From contig CAXXFV010000025.1 of assembly GCA_963674595.2 (NCBI GenBank), forward strand, positions 25,159 to 89,158: a stretch of 64,000 nucleotides of DNA, in the 5' to 3' direction. The notes under the pieces were generated by a model. That model worked only from the letters and a program-made list of their open reading frames with translations, ran no database searches and was not told the DNA's origin. A program made the position numbers and the translations under genes. The DNA comes from a bacterium. GTDB taxonomy: Bacteria > Zhuqueibacterota > Zhuqueibacteria > Residuimicrobiales > Krinioviventaceae. Shown one piece after another: positions 10,337 through 20,471 of the stretch (position 1 is its first letter; each line of letters opens with the position of its first letter).

Positions 10337-10524
10337 AGGCAAAGAACTGGTGCTTTTACTGGGGCTTCCTGTGATCAGCAAAGCCTGGTTGGAAAAGTTG
10401 ATAAAGGGACCCTTTTTCTGGATGGGATTGGAGATATGTATATTCGACTCCAACCCTTCTTGGTATTACCCGCAATACCCTAAAAAAGAAAATCAAAGAA
10501 AATAATTTGTACAACCAGAACTAA
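10337..10524 (+). pseudogene. internally deleted copy of the sigma54 activator gene
   Basis: Three collinear blocks match ~319-328, ~446-553 (GAFTGA..DEIG) and ~1050-1120 (HTH end and stop). Confidence 0.9.
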
Positions 10525-10532
10525 AACATCAG

Positions 10533-10690
10533 GTGGGTCAATTATTGACAACTATTTTGAGGTAAATAATTGTTTTTATTGCTTATGTGCAAATTAACCC
10601 TTGAGTAAAAAATTAACCCACCCCTATCATTTTGTTTTATCAAACCTTATAATACTCGGGAATCCTGGATGGGTCAAAAATTGACCCACT
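10533..10690 (+). promoter_or_regulatory. three palindromic UAS, copy 2
   Basis: Right half-sites at 10545, 10613 and 10681 (68-bp spacing); the third is TGGGTCAA-AAA-TTGACCCA. Confidence 0.7.
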
Positions 10691-10781
10691 TGAATTAGCG
10701 TTTCAGAATAGATTTTTTAACCAGTGAATGTAATTTATTTATTAATATTGGGTTATGGATATGCTAATGAATTTATTCTCT

Positions 10782-10796
10782 TGGCATGATTGCTGT
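10782..10796 (+). promoter_or_regulatory. sigma54 -24/-12 promoter, copy 2
   Basis: TGGCATGATTGCTGT, identical to 1381-1395. Confidence 0.65.
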
Positions 10797-10922
10797 ATTC
10801 TTTCACAAACTCATATATAAACCGTATTGGGTGAATCTATAAGGGCTTGAAAGCTATATTCTATTGTATAAACCACTAGTAGCTCTTTTACCTTAACTGT
10901 TAACTTGAATTAGGAGTAAAGA

Positions 10923-13900
10923 ATGAAAACAAAAATTACTCTAAACCTTTTCATTGTATTTGTTTGTTTAAAAACTGTTTTGTTGGCTCAAACAGGTGGA
11001 CCTATTACTGATATGATGTTTGATAATCATATAGCTTCAATTAAATATTCTTATGAAAATTTGATTGACCTATATACAGGGGATTTCCAATTTGATTTAC
11101 CTTTATTTGAACTAAAATTACGAGGAGGCAAAACAATTCCATTTTCTGCAAAGTATCAATCAGGAATTAAGATGGGACAAGTTGCAAGTTGGATCGGCTT
11201 AGGATGGCATTTTAGTCCGGGAAAAATTATGCGATCAATCCGTGGAGTTCCAGATGATTTTCGTCATTGTTATGTTGAAAAGGAGCAAGTCGGTGAGTTT
11301 ACTAATTTTTCCTTGAGTCAAAGTTTAACTGGCTTACCATGGTATCGTTCAATTTGTATTTCTTGGGAGAGAACAAGACAACATACAAAGGATGATATTT
11401 ATTACTATGGATACTTGTACTATCAATGTTTTAATGATGAGTATTATTTTGACCCAAATATTACTTTTTCTGATGAAGTCTGTCGTGAACAGAGCCGGGC
11501 AAGGATGCATATGAATTTTTCTGGAAATTTAACAATGCCCTATTTTTTAGCAATGGATGATTACTATGTGACTGGATTTGGTCCCCAGGGGAAAATTGCC
11601 CCATACAGAGATGGAGCTCAGGCCCATTTATTTTATGATGATGAACCGGTTGAACCTATAAATAATTTTATTTTCATAAACAATGATACCAAAGCTAAAG
11701 TGAATTACATAACGGATTCGGATGGATTGATCACAGGCTTTATTGTTACTGATATCGATGGCACACGATATGTTTATGGTTACCCTGTTTTTAATAACAG
11801 TGGGCAAGTTGGTATCGGTTATAAAGACTTTGGAGTGACGAATAATAATTACACAAAACATACATACAACCAAAAGTATGCACTTGAATGGCAGTTGACG
11901 GCAATTCTTTATCCTGATTTTATTGATAATGGGACAAAATTTGATGGGAGAACAGTTGATACTGATGGAAACTGGCTTGGCTTGGATTATAACGACGATG
12001 GTAATTGGATTTATTTTAAATATTCTTTATATAATGATGTTTATAATTGGAGGGTGCCTGAAAGCTCAACTAGAATTTCATCATTATGGGGTGTGTCTTC
12101 AAGTGATAGTAAACATGAAGTTAGTTATGGCTCAAAGCAATTAGTTTATTTAACAAAGATACAAACACCTATTAATGAGGTAAGATTTGAAATCGATCAA
12201 TTTGAGCGACAAGATGCATTGGAAATATTTTCAAATGGTACTATTGGTACAGACAAACCTGCCGCTTTGTCCAAGATTACCGTTTATAACTATGATGAAT
12301 TAAATAATGGAAGAGGTGAAATTTGGGGTTTTGATTACAAAATAAATTTTCATTATGATCACTCACTTTGTACTGGATCACCAAATTCCACCTCTGGTAA
12401 TGGAAAGTTGACTCTAACGGATGTAGAATTTATAAGAAAAGAAGACTATTGCATGACTCTTTCAGAACATTGTCAGCCGTCTCGTACAATATCTTTTGAA
12501 TATAATGATGATCCCAACTGGGACAATATTAAGTGGGATCGATGGGGTTATTATAATAATAATGTTACTTTATATAATCATAAAGTTCCTCAAATTGGCT
12601 ATAATGATGAATATGTTAGGTCCTGGAGCTTGAATAAAATTAATTTTCATTCAGGTGGTTATATTTCAATTAATTATGAATCAGATTCTTATCATAAAGT
12701 TTTTAATCTAGACCCACAGCAGGGGATTTCCTCTGATTTAAAATATGGAGGAGGTCCTCGTGTTAAATATTTAAAAATGAATGATGGACATGATACAGTC
12801 AATTACCGTATTTTTTATTCTCGCAATGATGTTTGTGATGATTTTTCATTTCAAACTAATCGTGATCAAAGTTCTGGTGTTGCTGAAGGAGAACCGGAAC
12901 CATTTTGTGCTTTAAATGACTTAGATACTCGACCATGGGAGTGGTATCCATTCGCAACCTATTCTATCGGATACGAACAAGTGATAGTCGTTCCAAATGC
13001 GGTCCAAAAGGAAGAAGCTGGTAATTATGGACATGATATAGTTGATGAAACAGATGGTAGGATCATTTATGAATTTACAGCGGGTGATGAAATTCCTGAT
13101 ATTTACACATATAATAGTAGTACGTATGAACATTATCGAGAAAATAATTCTTGGAAAAGGGGAAAAGTAAAAGGAATTAGGTATGGATTTATAGATAAAA
13201 CTACTGACCAATTTTGTTGTACAAAGGAAATTACTAATCAATATCAGAACCTTGAAACTGAATATCTTGATTTTGATAAAGTAAGTTGGCATGATCAAAA
13301 CTTTCTTCAAAATGTGAGAGTAAGATCAGATTTTGTCGATGTAATTGGTGGAAAGGCTGTGGTTAAAACAAAATCTGAATCACTTGATGGAGTTGAAACA
13401 ACAACAAATATTACATATTCAAAAGTTAATGGGATGCCTGTTTCTATTTCAACAACGAATTCAGACAATGATTTAAAAGAATCGCAAGCTGTATATGCAT
13501 TTCAGCAATATAAGACAGGTTTAGTCCCTTCAACTACAGAAGATTACAGTCCAATTTTCTTGGCAAGCTGGAGGTTTGAAGAGAGTCAGGGAACAATAGT
13601 GAAGGACTATATTAATCCGATAAATACTGGGGATATGCATGGGGCTGCATGGGAAGCATCGGGAAAAATCGGTTACTGTTTGAATTTTGATGGGATAGAT
13701 GATTATGTCTCAATACGAAGATCTCCTGAATATAATGTAGTCAATACATTATCTATTGAAGCATGGATTTGTCCTGATTCTACGAATAGCTCAAGAACAA
13801 TAATTAGTAAAAGAGGTGCTTATGATTTACGTATAGATTCAGGTTATTTAAAAATCGGGGTCCAAAAAGACAATAATTTTATTTGGTACGGCTCGCAAGT

Positions 13901-16900
13901 TTTAATATCTGCAGATGTTTGGTCACATATTGTAGTTACTCTTGAAGGTTCAATTTACAAAATATATAAAAATGGTGTATTGGAACAAACATTGTTAACA
14001 CCAGGAAATAGTACTGATATTTGGGATACAGGTTATGTTAAAGGAATTTGGATTGGAGCACATGAAGAGGCAAATAGTGTTGGGAGTTCCTTTTTCCAAG
14101 GTAAAATAGATGAAGTTTCCTTATACAATAAGGTTTTAACTCTTGAAGATGTTTCTGCTAGATACAACAGTGGGGCAGGTAAACATTTATCAGGAATGGA
14201 TGCGAAATATATGTTAAGTCCAGTTTATAGTGGTATTATATTAACAAATAATAATAAATTTTTATCAAAATTGTGGACAAAATGGTGTGAGCTTGGTGAT
14301 AGTTTTGTGATGGATGAAGATTGGATATGGAAGGGTCAAGATGATGTGGCTCAAGTTCCCAGTAATCCAGGAGAAAACTATACTCTATGTACAAATATTT
14401 ACAATAAATATGATGAACATAAAAATATTATTGAGACAACAGATGCAAACTTGGTTAAAACAACTCAAAAATGGGGGTACGATGGTGCTTTAAACATTGC
14501 CACTATAAAAAATGCTATTAATGGGGAGTGTTCCTTTTTGAATTTAGAGGATGGATGGAGTGATTGGACATCGGGAAATAGTGATCTTTATCGGACAACT
14601 TCTGATTTAGTACCGAACAATCAAGTCCATTCTGGTATTTATAGTGCTTATTGTAGTACTGCAAGTAGTGAATATGGTCCCACTTTAAATATGTATATTG
14701 GCAGTGATGGAATTGATATCAACAAAAATTATATTTTTGAAGCATGGGTAAATATTGAAAATGGAGAGGTCAATATTGGTGCAGATGCTAGGAATGCACA
14801 AGGGCAATCAATTGCTGGAATCGGATGGTATAATTCTATTTCCACAGGTGATGGGTGGCAACTCCTTACCGTAGAAATTACTTCAGATCTTATGAGCTCT
14901 TTAACACCCGGTTGTTATTTACAGTGTTTTTGTGGTTTTCCCAATTCTGGTAGTTCCGGATATGTGGATGACCTTCGGTTTTACCCCAAAAATTCTTTAA
15001 TGACAACTCAAACGTTTGATCTCTGGTCATATAATTTATCATGCTACATGGATGAAAATAACATACCATCATTTGCTGAATACGATAATTTTGGCTTGTT
15101 AAAAACAATTAAAAATTCTAATTATGATATTTTAAAATCAATAAGTTATAGTTATTCAAGAGACAATAATAGTGATCTTTATAACGTAGCTGATCCAAAC
15201 AAAGTTATCGAAACATTAAATTTTGATGATGTTAACCAAAGTGTAAAAAGTGTATACTATGATGGATTTGGTAAAAGTATACAAACACAAATTCAAGATG
15301 GCGAAAATGATATTATTTCTGCTATTGACTATGATCTTCTTGGGCGTGAGTATAAAGTGTGGAAACCTTTTGTTGCTAATACAAGCCATGCATTCACCGC
15401 CCAATATGATGATAATGAAGATAGTGATGGTATCACAGAGAGTTGTAAAGAATATTATGATGCTGATGGTCCCGGTGTGAACTGTAATGGTTTTCCTTTT
15501 GTTCAAACAGCATATGGAAATGATCCTCTTAATCGAATTTCAAGGATTGGGAATCCTGGTAACAATTTTAATATTAATAGTGGTCACAATATATCCTATG
15601 AATATGATGAAAACTGGGATGAAGTCACATCATATACTCAACATAATCTATTCAAGAATACAACATTTGATGAAAATGATAATCAAAGGGAGATTTATAC
15701 GGACAAATTTGGTCATACTGTTTTAGAACGTAGTTATGGTGTCTATAATAATACGTCCTATTATTCAGGAAGTATGGATCCATTGTCGGTCCCAATTACC
15801 AATAATTCAGGTGGTATTATAGATGATGATAGGGCGACTTCATTTACACCTACTGTATCTTGCGATGCTATCTGTAATGTAAATATTATTACATCAGCAG
15901 AGGCAGGAGAAGGCATAGTTGTTGTGAAAATAGGAGATTACGAAGGAAGTGCAAACATTTGGTATAGGCAATTTACATTTTCTGCAGGTCAAAATCCGAC
16001 AGATAGTTTCTCATTTAAAGTAGCGGGTGGTAAAACATATTATGTTGCTGTTGCTGCTCAAACGGATGATTATTTGGATATTACTACTTGCACAACGACT
16101 GTTGAATATAATAATGAATTTATGGCACCAATTGACACCTATTTTCATCATAGTATCCTGGGAAATCTTGAAAAAATAATTCCACCAAAGGCAGAGGGTG
16201 TTGGTACGAGTCCTTTATGTACCTCTATGAAGTATAATACGCTTGGTCAGCTTGTTGCCAAAGTAACACCGGACGCCGACGGTGACGGTGATGGTGATCC
16301 AACTGATGAATCTATATCAACCGATAATTTCGATTATCAATATAAATATGACAACAATGGTAATATACGGTTTACCAAAACAGCTAAAGGAGAATTTATT
16401 TATAACAAATATGACGTCTTTAACAGGCTGGTTGAAACCGGTGTTTATGAAGGTTCGACAACCTTTGATAATGCCAATGCTTCCACATCCGGTGAGCCTC
16501 AAACTGATTTTCCGACTTTAGATAAATCAGTTAAAATTATTTATCAGTATGATCAAGAACCTTCATGGAACGATGGAACTTGGCCGGCTGAACCGCAAAG
16601 TCCCATGTGGTTTTTTAACAATCTAAAAGGCAAAGTGTCAGCGGTTAAGTATATGACAGATGGATGGGCCTATACCTATTACTCCTACGACAAAGAAGGA
16701 CGCATCGAATGGATACGCCATAGTTTGCCCAATTTACCCGATTATTCCACCATCGAGTATGAATATGACTTGCAGGGAAATATTATACGTCAAAAATATA
16801 CACGTGCCGAATATATTAGTGAAGGTCAATATTATGATATTTTTGATTCTTTTTATATCTGGTATGATTATGATTTACTTGGGCGCTTGTCAGCAGTTTA

Positions 16901-17636
16901 CGCTGGTAGATCATCCTCAAAATCATCCATACCTGTTGTTAGTTATACATACTGGCCTACAGGACAGGTTAATGAACTGATCTACGGAGATCCTGCTGAT
17001 CCTCTTCAAACTGTCAGTTATGATTATAACAGTCGTGATTGGGTCTCTCAAATCGGCAGCAATCTTTTTACGCAAAAATTGGGTTACCAAACAGCGGCTG
17101 ATATAGCTTCCAGCTCCGCGTTTTCATCAAATTTTGATCCGCAATATAACGGCAATATTTCCTGGATGTCTGTTCTGCGCAATTCCGGTTCTCTACCTCT
17201 GACCCGGACCGGATTGTTGTTTGATTATGATTTTGATAACCGATTAACAAACGCTGATTTTGGCTACTATGATACAAGCCAGTGGGCCAATTCTGTCAAG
17301 TATGATGTTTCTACAACCTATGACCTGAACGGTAATTTATTGACTCTCTCACGGCAAAACAATATAACCAGCACGGCTGCAAAGCTTTACAATTATATTT
17401 ATTACACAAATTCCAACAGGTTGAAAAATGTAAGCGGCACATCAACAATAAAATACAGCTATGACCGTGAAGGTAACCTAACTTTTGATGATTATAAAAA
17501 TGCGACAATCAATTATGATTATCGTAATCTGCCTTACAGGTTAGAAGTGCCGGGTATCAAGGTTGTTGGTCATTATTATGATGATAATGGCCAACGTGTT
17601 ATTAAAAAGAAATCTGAATCAAGCGTAACTCCCTAA
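10923..17636 (+). CDS. secreted RHS/YD-repeat shell protein (SpvB-like start, LamG and CBM4_9-like inserts, DUF6443-like segment); ends just before the RHS core
   Basis: Signal peptide; IDLYTGDF...SWIGLGW; LamG (LNFDGIDDYV...FQGKIDEV); YVDDLRFYP; YYDGFGKSIQTQ; YNGNISW; ends YYDDNGQRVIKK. Confidence 0.9.
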   Translation: MKTKITLNLFIVFVCLKTVLLAQTGGPITDMMFDNHIASIKYSYENLIDLYTGDFQFDLPLFELKLRGGKTIPFSAKYQSGIKMGQVASWIGLGWHFSPGKIMRSIRGVPDDFRHCYVEKEQVGEFTNFSLSQSLTGLPWYRSICISWERTRQHTKDDIYYYGYLYYQCFNDEYYFDPNITFSDEVCREQSRARMHMNFSGNLTMPYFLAMDDYYVTGFGPQGKIAPYRDGAQAHLFYDDEPVEPINNFIFINNDTKAKVNYITDSDGLITGFIVTDIDGTRYVYGYPVFNNSGQVGIGYKDFGVTNNNYTKHTYNQKYALEWQLTAILYPDFIDNGTKFDGRTVDTDGNWLGLDYNDDGNWIYFKYSLYNDVYNWRVPESSTRISSLWGVSSSDSKHEVSYGSKQLVYLTKIQTPINEVRFEIDQFERQDALEIFSNGTIGTDKPAALSKITVYNYDELNNGRGEIWGFDYKINFHYDHSLCTGSPNSTSGNGKLTLTDVEFIRKEDYCMTLSEHCQPSRTISFEYNDDPNWDNIKWDRWGYYNNNVTLYNHKVPQIGYNDEYVRSWSLNKINFHSGGYISINYESDSYHKVFNLDPQQGISSDLKYGGGPRVKYLKMNDGHDTVNYRIFYSRNDVCDDFSFQTNRDQSSGVAEGEPEPFCALNDLDTRPWEWYPFATYSIGYEQVIVVPNAVQKEEAGNYGHDIVDETDGRIIYEFTAGDEIPDIYTYNSSTYEHYRENNSWKRGKVKGIRYGFIDKTTDQFCCTKEITNQYQNLETEYLDFDKVSWHDQNFLQNVRVRSDFVDVIGGKAVVKTKSESLDGVETTTNITYSKVNGMPVSISTTNSDNDLKESQAVYAFQQYKTGLVPSTTEDYSPIFLASWRFEESQGTIVKDYINPINTGDMHGAAWEASGKIGYCLNFDGIDDYVSIRRSPEYNVVNTLSIEAWICPDSTNSSRTIISKRGAYDLRIDSGYLKIGVQKDNNFIWYGSQVLISADVWSHIVVTLEGSIYKIYKNGVLEQTLLTPGNSTDIWDTGYVKGIWIGAHEEANSVGSSFFQGKIDEVSLYNKVLTLEDVSARYNSGAGKHLSGMDAKYMLSPVYSGIILTNNNKFLSKLWTKWCELGDSFVMDEDWIWKGQDDVAQVPSNPGENYTLCTNIYNKYDEHKNIIETTDANLVKTTQKWGYDGALNIATIKNAINGECSFLNLEDGWSDWTSGNSDLYRTTSDLVPNNQVHSGIYSAYCSTASSEYGPTLNMYIGSDGIDINKNYIFEAWVNIENGEVNIGADARNAQGQSIAGIGWYNSISTGDGWQLLTVEITSDLMSSLTPGCYLQCFCGFPNSGSSGYVDDLRFYPKNSLMTTQTFDLWSYNLSCYMDENNIPSFAEYDNFGLLKTIKNSNYDILKSISYSYSRDNNSDLYNVADPNKVIETLNFDDVNQSVKSVYYDGFGKSIQTQIQDGENDIISAIDYDLLGREYKVWKPFVANTSHAFTAQYDDNEDSDGITESCKEYYDADGPGVNCNGFPFVQTAYGNDPLNRISRIGNPGNNFNINSGHNISYEYDENWDEVTSYTQHNLFKNTTFDENDNQREIYTDKFGHTVLERSYGVYNNTSYYSGSMDPLSVPITNNSGGIIDDDRATSFTPTVSCDAICNVNIITSAEAGEGIVVVKIGDYEGSANIWYRQFTFSAGQNPTDSFSFKVAGGKTYYVAVAAQTDDYLDITTCTTTVEYNNEFMAPIDTYFHHSILGNLEKIIPPKAEGVGTSPLCTSMKYNTLGQLVAKVTPDADGDGDGDPTDESISTDNFDYQYKYDNNGNIRFTKTAKGEFIYNKYDVFNRLVETGVYEGSTTFDNANASTSGEPQTDFPTLDKSVKIIYQYDQEPSWNDGTWPAEPQSPMWFFNNLKGKVSAVKYMTDGWAYTYYSYDKEGRIEWIRHSLPNLPDYSTIEYEYDLQGNIIRQKYTRAEYISEGQYYDIFDSFYIWYDYDLLGRLSAVYAGRSSSKSSIPVVSYTYWPTGQVNELIYGDPADPLQTVSYDYNSRDWVSQIGSNLFTQKLGYQTAADIASSSAFSSNFDPQYNGNISWMSVLRNSGSLPLTRTGLLFDYDFDNRLTNADFGYYDTSQWANSVKYDVSTTYDLNGNLLTLSRQNNITSTAAKLYNYIYYTNSNRLKNVSGTSTIKYSYDREGNLTFDDYKNATINYDYRNLPYRLEVPGIKVVGHYYDDNGQRVIKKKSESSVTP

Positions 17637-17677
17637 TTGATTATAATTATAATGAATATAAATTTTAGGAGAAAAGA

Positions 17678-19309
17678 ATGAAAAAGTATGCCATGTATTG
17701 TTTTGCTTGTTTGTTTTTGTTTGTGGGTTTAAGCTATTCACAGAACAAATCCCGTAAAGAAGTTGTAAAGAAAAGATCTCTATATTCCAAAACATATTAT
17801 AACGCAGACTCTACCTATACACTTGAGGTTTACACGTCACCGATTCATTACCGTAAGGGAGAAAAACTGGTTGATATCAAAGAAGATATTGTTCCTTCCA
17901 ATACGGATTATGCATACGAAGTCACACAGGGTCGGTATCATGTGTATTTTCAGAACCATTTTAACGATGATTATCCTGTCTTATATGAAAAAGACGGTGT
18001 GATAGTTGGTTTTGGTTTAAAAGCCATGGTTTATTGGGACAAAAAATTACAAACCTATGAAATTATTGAAAAGGCCGGTGGTAGTCCCTATACCCAAATA
18101 GAAAAAAATCAGCTTGTTTACAAGAATGTATTTCCCGGTGTTGATTTGGAATATGCTTACCTTTCAGACCAACTCAAGGAAGGTATCCGTCTGACCTCCA
18201 AGGCGCGCAGCAGCCTTCCATCGCCAACCAGTTTTAATATTTCTGAAAGTAATGCTTATTTGATGTTTCTCCAAAAAGTAGACCTCGGTTCAACTCTGCC
18301 GGCCAGTATTGGTACAGAAAAGATCGGTCGCGGATCGGAAAAACGTTCGATTGAAACCTATGATCCGGTATGCTTCAAGGACAAAAAAGGTGAAACTTTA
18401 TTTCATTTTATTGCGGATTATGCTTTCGTACGTATAGAGGATGAAGATAAATTAGCAAACAAAAAGAACGCTGTACGTATGCTTAATCGTTTGTTTAAAG
18501 ATGGTAACGATTATTACATGTTATCCGGTATACCCTATAGTGATTTAAAGGAGCTACCGGCAGGCGACATTATATTTGATCCTACGGTTGAAGATGTTCT
18601 TGATAATTCAGATCCTACAAATAAAGACACCCAGATATGTAGTTATTCTTCTTATGTCGCCTATAATTATGGTGGCCGTGAATATGATATCAAAGCGTTT
18701 CACCGATCAAGTTATGAATACCGAACGTTGCTGGAATTTGATTGCGGATCAGGTGTTGGTGTGGAGAGCATCCAATCTGCTACGTTGACGATGTATGCGC
18801 AGTCTTTTGCAAGTGTTGCAGATAATGTTAATGTTTATGAACTTAACACAGAGTGGGTGGAAGGTACCGAGGACGGTACGGCCAACCAAACCGGTGCCAC
18901 TTGGAATACCTATGACGGGACAAATAACTGGAGCCAGAATGGTGGTGACTTTAATACCACCATTAAAGGAACATATTATGTTGAACAGGTTGGGACGTGT
19001 ACTTTCAGCCTGGATGCCACTATGGTTACCGGCTGGTTAACAATTCCTGCCAACAACCATGGAATTCTACTTGCCTGTTCACGTGATATTTCAGGTGGGG
19101 ACGAATGTCGGGTAGGTTTTTCAACATCTGCTAATGCTGATGCAAGTAAACGTCCGAAACTGGAAATTGTGTATACAGCAGACGATGGCGGTTCGTCTTC
19201 AGGTACAGGAGGTTCTACTACAACACTTCCTGCTGGGACCACATTTTATATTCGTGGAGCTGATGGTAATGTCGTTGCCACTTATAAAGGTGAAGAAACC
19301 AGTGAATGA
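17678..19309 (+). CDS. secreted WapA-like head + DNRLRE protein with a single RHS hairpin at the C-terminus
   Basis: Signal peptide; KRSLYSKTYYNADSTYT...PIHY; paralogous to residues 1-520 of 5945..9409; Gly/Ser linker then TFYIRGADGNVVATY. Confidence 0.85.
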   Translation: MKKYAMYCFACLFLFVGLSYSQNKSRKEVVKKRSLYSKTYYNADSTYTLEVYTSPIHYRKGEKLVDIKEDIVPSNTDYAYEVTQGRYHVYFQNHFNDDYPVLYEKDGVIVGFGLKAMVYWDKKLQTYEIIEKAGGSPYTQIEKNQLVYKNVFPGVDLEYAYLSDQLKEGIRLTSKARSSLPSPTSFNISESNAYLMFLQKVDLGSTLPASIGTEKIGRGSEKRSIETYDPVCFKDKKGETLFHFIADYAFVRIEDEDKLANKKNAVRMLNRLFKDGNDYYMLSGIPYSDLKELPAGDIIFDPTVEDVLDNSDPTNKDTQICSYSSYVAYNYGGREYDIKAFHRSSYEYRTLLEFDCGSGVGVESIQSATLTMYAQSFASVADNVNVYELNTEWVEGTEDGTANQTGATWNTYDGTNNWSQNGGDFNTTIKGTYYVEQVGTCTFSLDATMVTGWLTIPANNHGILLACSRDISGGDECRVGFSTSANADASKRPKLEIVYTADDGGSSSGTGGSTTTLPAGTTFYIRGADGNVVATYKGEETSE

Positions 19310-19326
19310 AATGATGATTAAATCTT

Positions 19327-19366
19327 GGGCCTAACCTTGAAATAACGGTTTGGCCCTGTTTTTTTT
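19327..19366 (+). terminator. terminator-like hairpin directly before the RHS core/toxin gene
   Basis: GGGCCTAACC-N10-GGTTTGGCCC then TG and T8, abutting the AGGAG RBS. Confidence 0.65.
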
Positions 19367-19379
19367 AGGAGAATATCAC

Positions 19380-20333
19380 ATGAAATTAACAAAGCTATTG
19401 CTAACTGCTGTTTTATTTTCTATATTTACAAGTAATGGATTAGCTGAAATTACTCCACCACCAGAGACGACAATCGAGGAGAGTTGGTATTACCACATAA
19501 ACGACCATTTGGGTAGCTGCCGCACGGTTTTCAAGGACACCAACGGCACTGCTTTAGTAGTACAGGAATTTGATTATTATCCCTTTGGTATGGAAATGCC
19601 GGGCCAGACAGATGTAGGTGGTACCAAGGCAATCTTTACTTATTCTAACAAAGAACTTGACGACGAAGCCGGTGTCAACTTACACTATTTCGGGGCCCGG
19701 TTTTATAATGCAGAGATAGGGCGGTGGTTGAGTGTGGATCCGTTGGGAGAACTGCGGGCTCATGAGTCACCTTATTCATATTGCGGCAATAATCCTTTAA
19801 GCAGGATTGATCCTACTGGCTTATATTGGGGTATAACTGAAATTAATGGTGAAAATGCCTTAATATGGGTTGTTGAAAAACCAGTTGTTGTTTTTGCGGA
19901 CAGGTATTTTTCTCCATTAAAGATAGCTGGTTTTATTGGACTTGGGGTTTTTGCATTCGCTGAACCCTCTTTTGCGGGAGAGGCTTTGTTTTATTCAACA
20001 GCTATTGCCTCAGGTTGGAAAGTTGGTAGCTATTTAAGTAAACAAAAAGAGCGTGAATTAAACGAGGGGAATACTGAAACAGATCAGTGGGAAGATGACG
20101 AAGGAAGAGCTCCCGATCCGAATAAAGTGTATGTAGATAAAGATGGTAAAGAATATAAATTCAAACCCAAAAGAAATTGGGACGGAAAACCTGATAGAAA
20201 GGGAAATTTTGTGGATAAACAAGGTAGGGCTTGGAGTAAAGTAACTGATCATAAAGGATCGCATAGAAACCCTCATCGTGATATACAATTATCAAATGGT
20301 CGTGATTATGTGAGAGTATGGCCCAAGAAATAA
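19380..20333 (+). CDS. small secreted RHS-core protein with C-terminal toxin (Ntox37-like predicted RNase)
   Basis: AGGAG RBS and ATG 19380; signal MKLTKLLLTAVLFSIFTSNGLA; YHINDHLGS, DYYPFG, NPLSRIDPTG; tip KPKRNWDGK...VDKQGRAW...HRNPHRDIQ...YVRVWP. Confidence 0.88.
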   Translation: MKLTKLLLTAVLFSIFTSNGLAEITPPPETTIEESWYYHINDHLGSCRTVFKDTNGTALVVQEFDYYPFGMEMPGQTDVGGTKAIFTYSNKELDDEAGVNLHYFGARFYNAEIGRWLSVDPLGELRAHESPYSYCGNNPLSRIDPTGLYWGITEINGENALIWVVEKPVVVFADRYFSPLKIAGFIGLGVFAFAEPSFAGEALFYSTAIASGWKVGSYLSKQKERELNEGNTETDQWEDDEGRAPDPNKVYVDKDGKEYKFKPKRNWDGKPDRKGNFVDKQGRAWSKVTDHKGSHRNPHRDIQLSNGRDYVRVWPKK

Positions 20334-20471
20334 AGTAGTGTAATATAATAAGTGAAAAGATGATTGCATATAAAGATGGGATAGAATAAATAGATTGAAT
20401 TTAATAAATTAAAAAGTAAGAAGCATCTATTGCAGGATTGGTGTTGATGATTTAAATTGTAAGGACAAATT

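Noticed and set aside
17571-19500. Intein or intron explanation for the split RHS
   Set aside because: No Hint motifs (C/S start, HN end), no maturase and no recognisable group I/II intron ends
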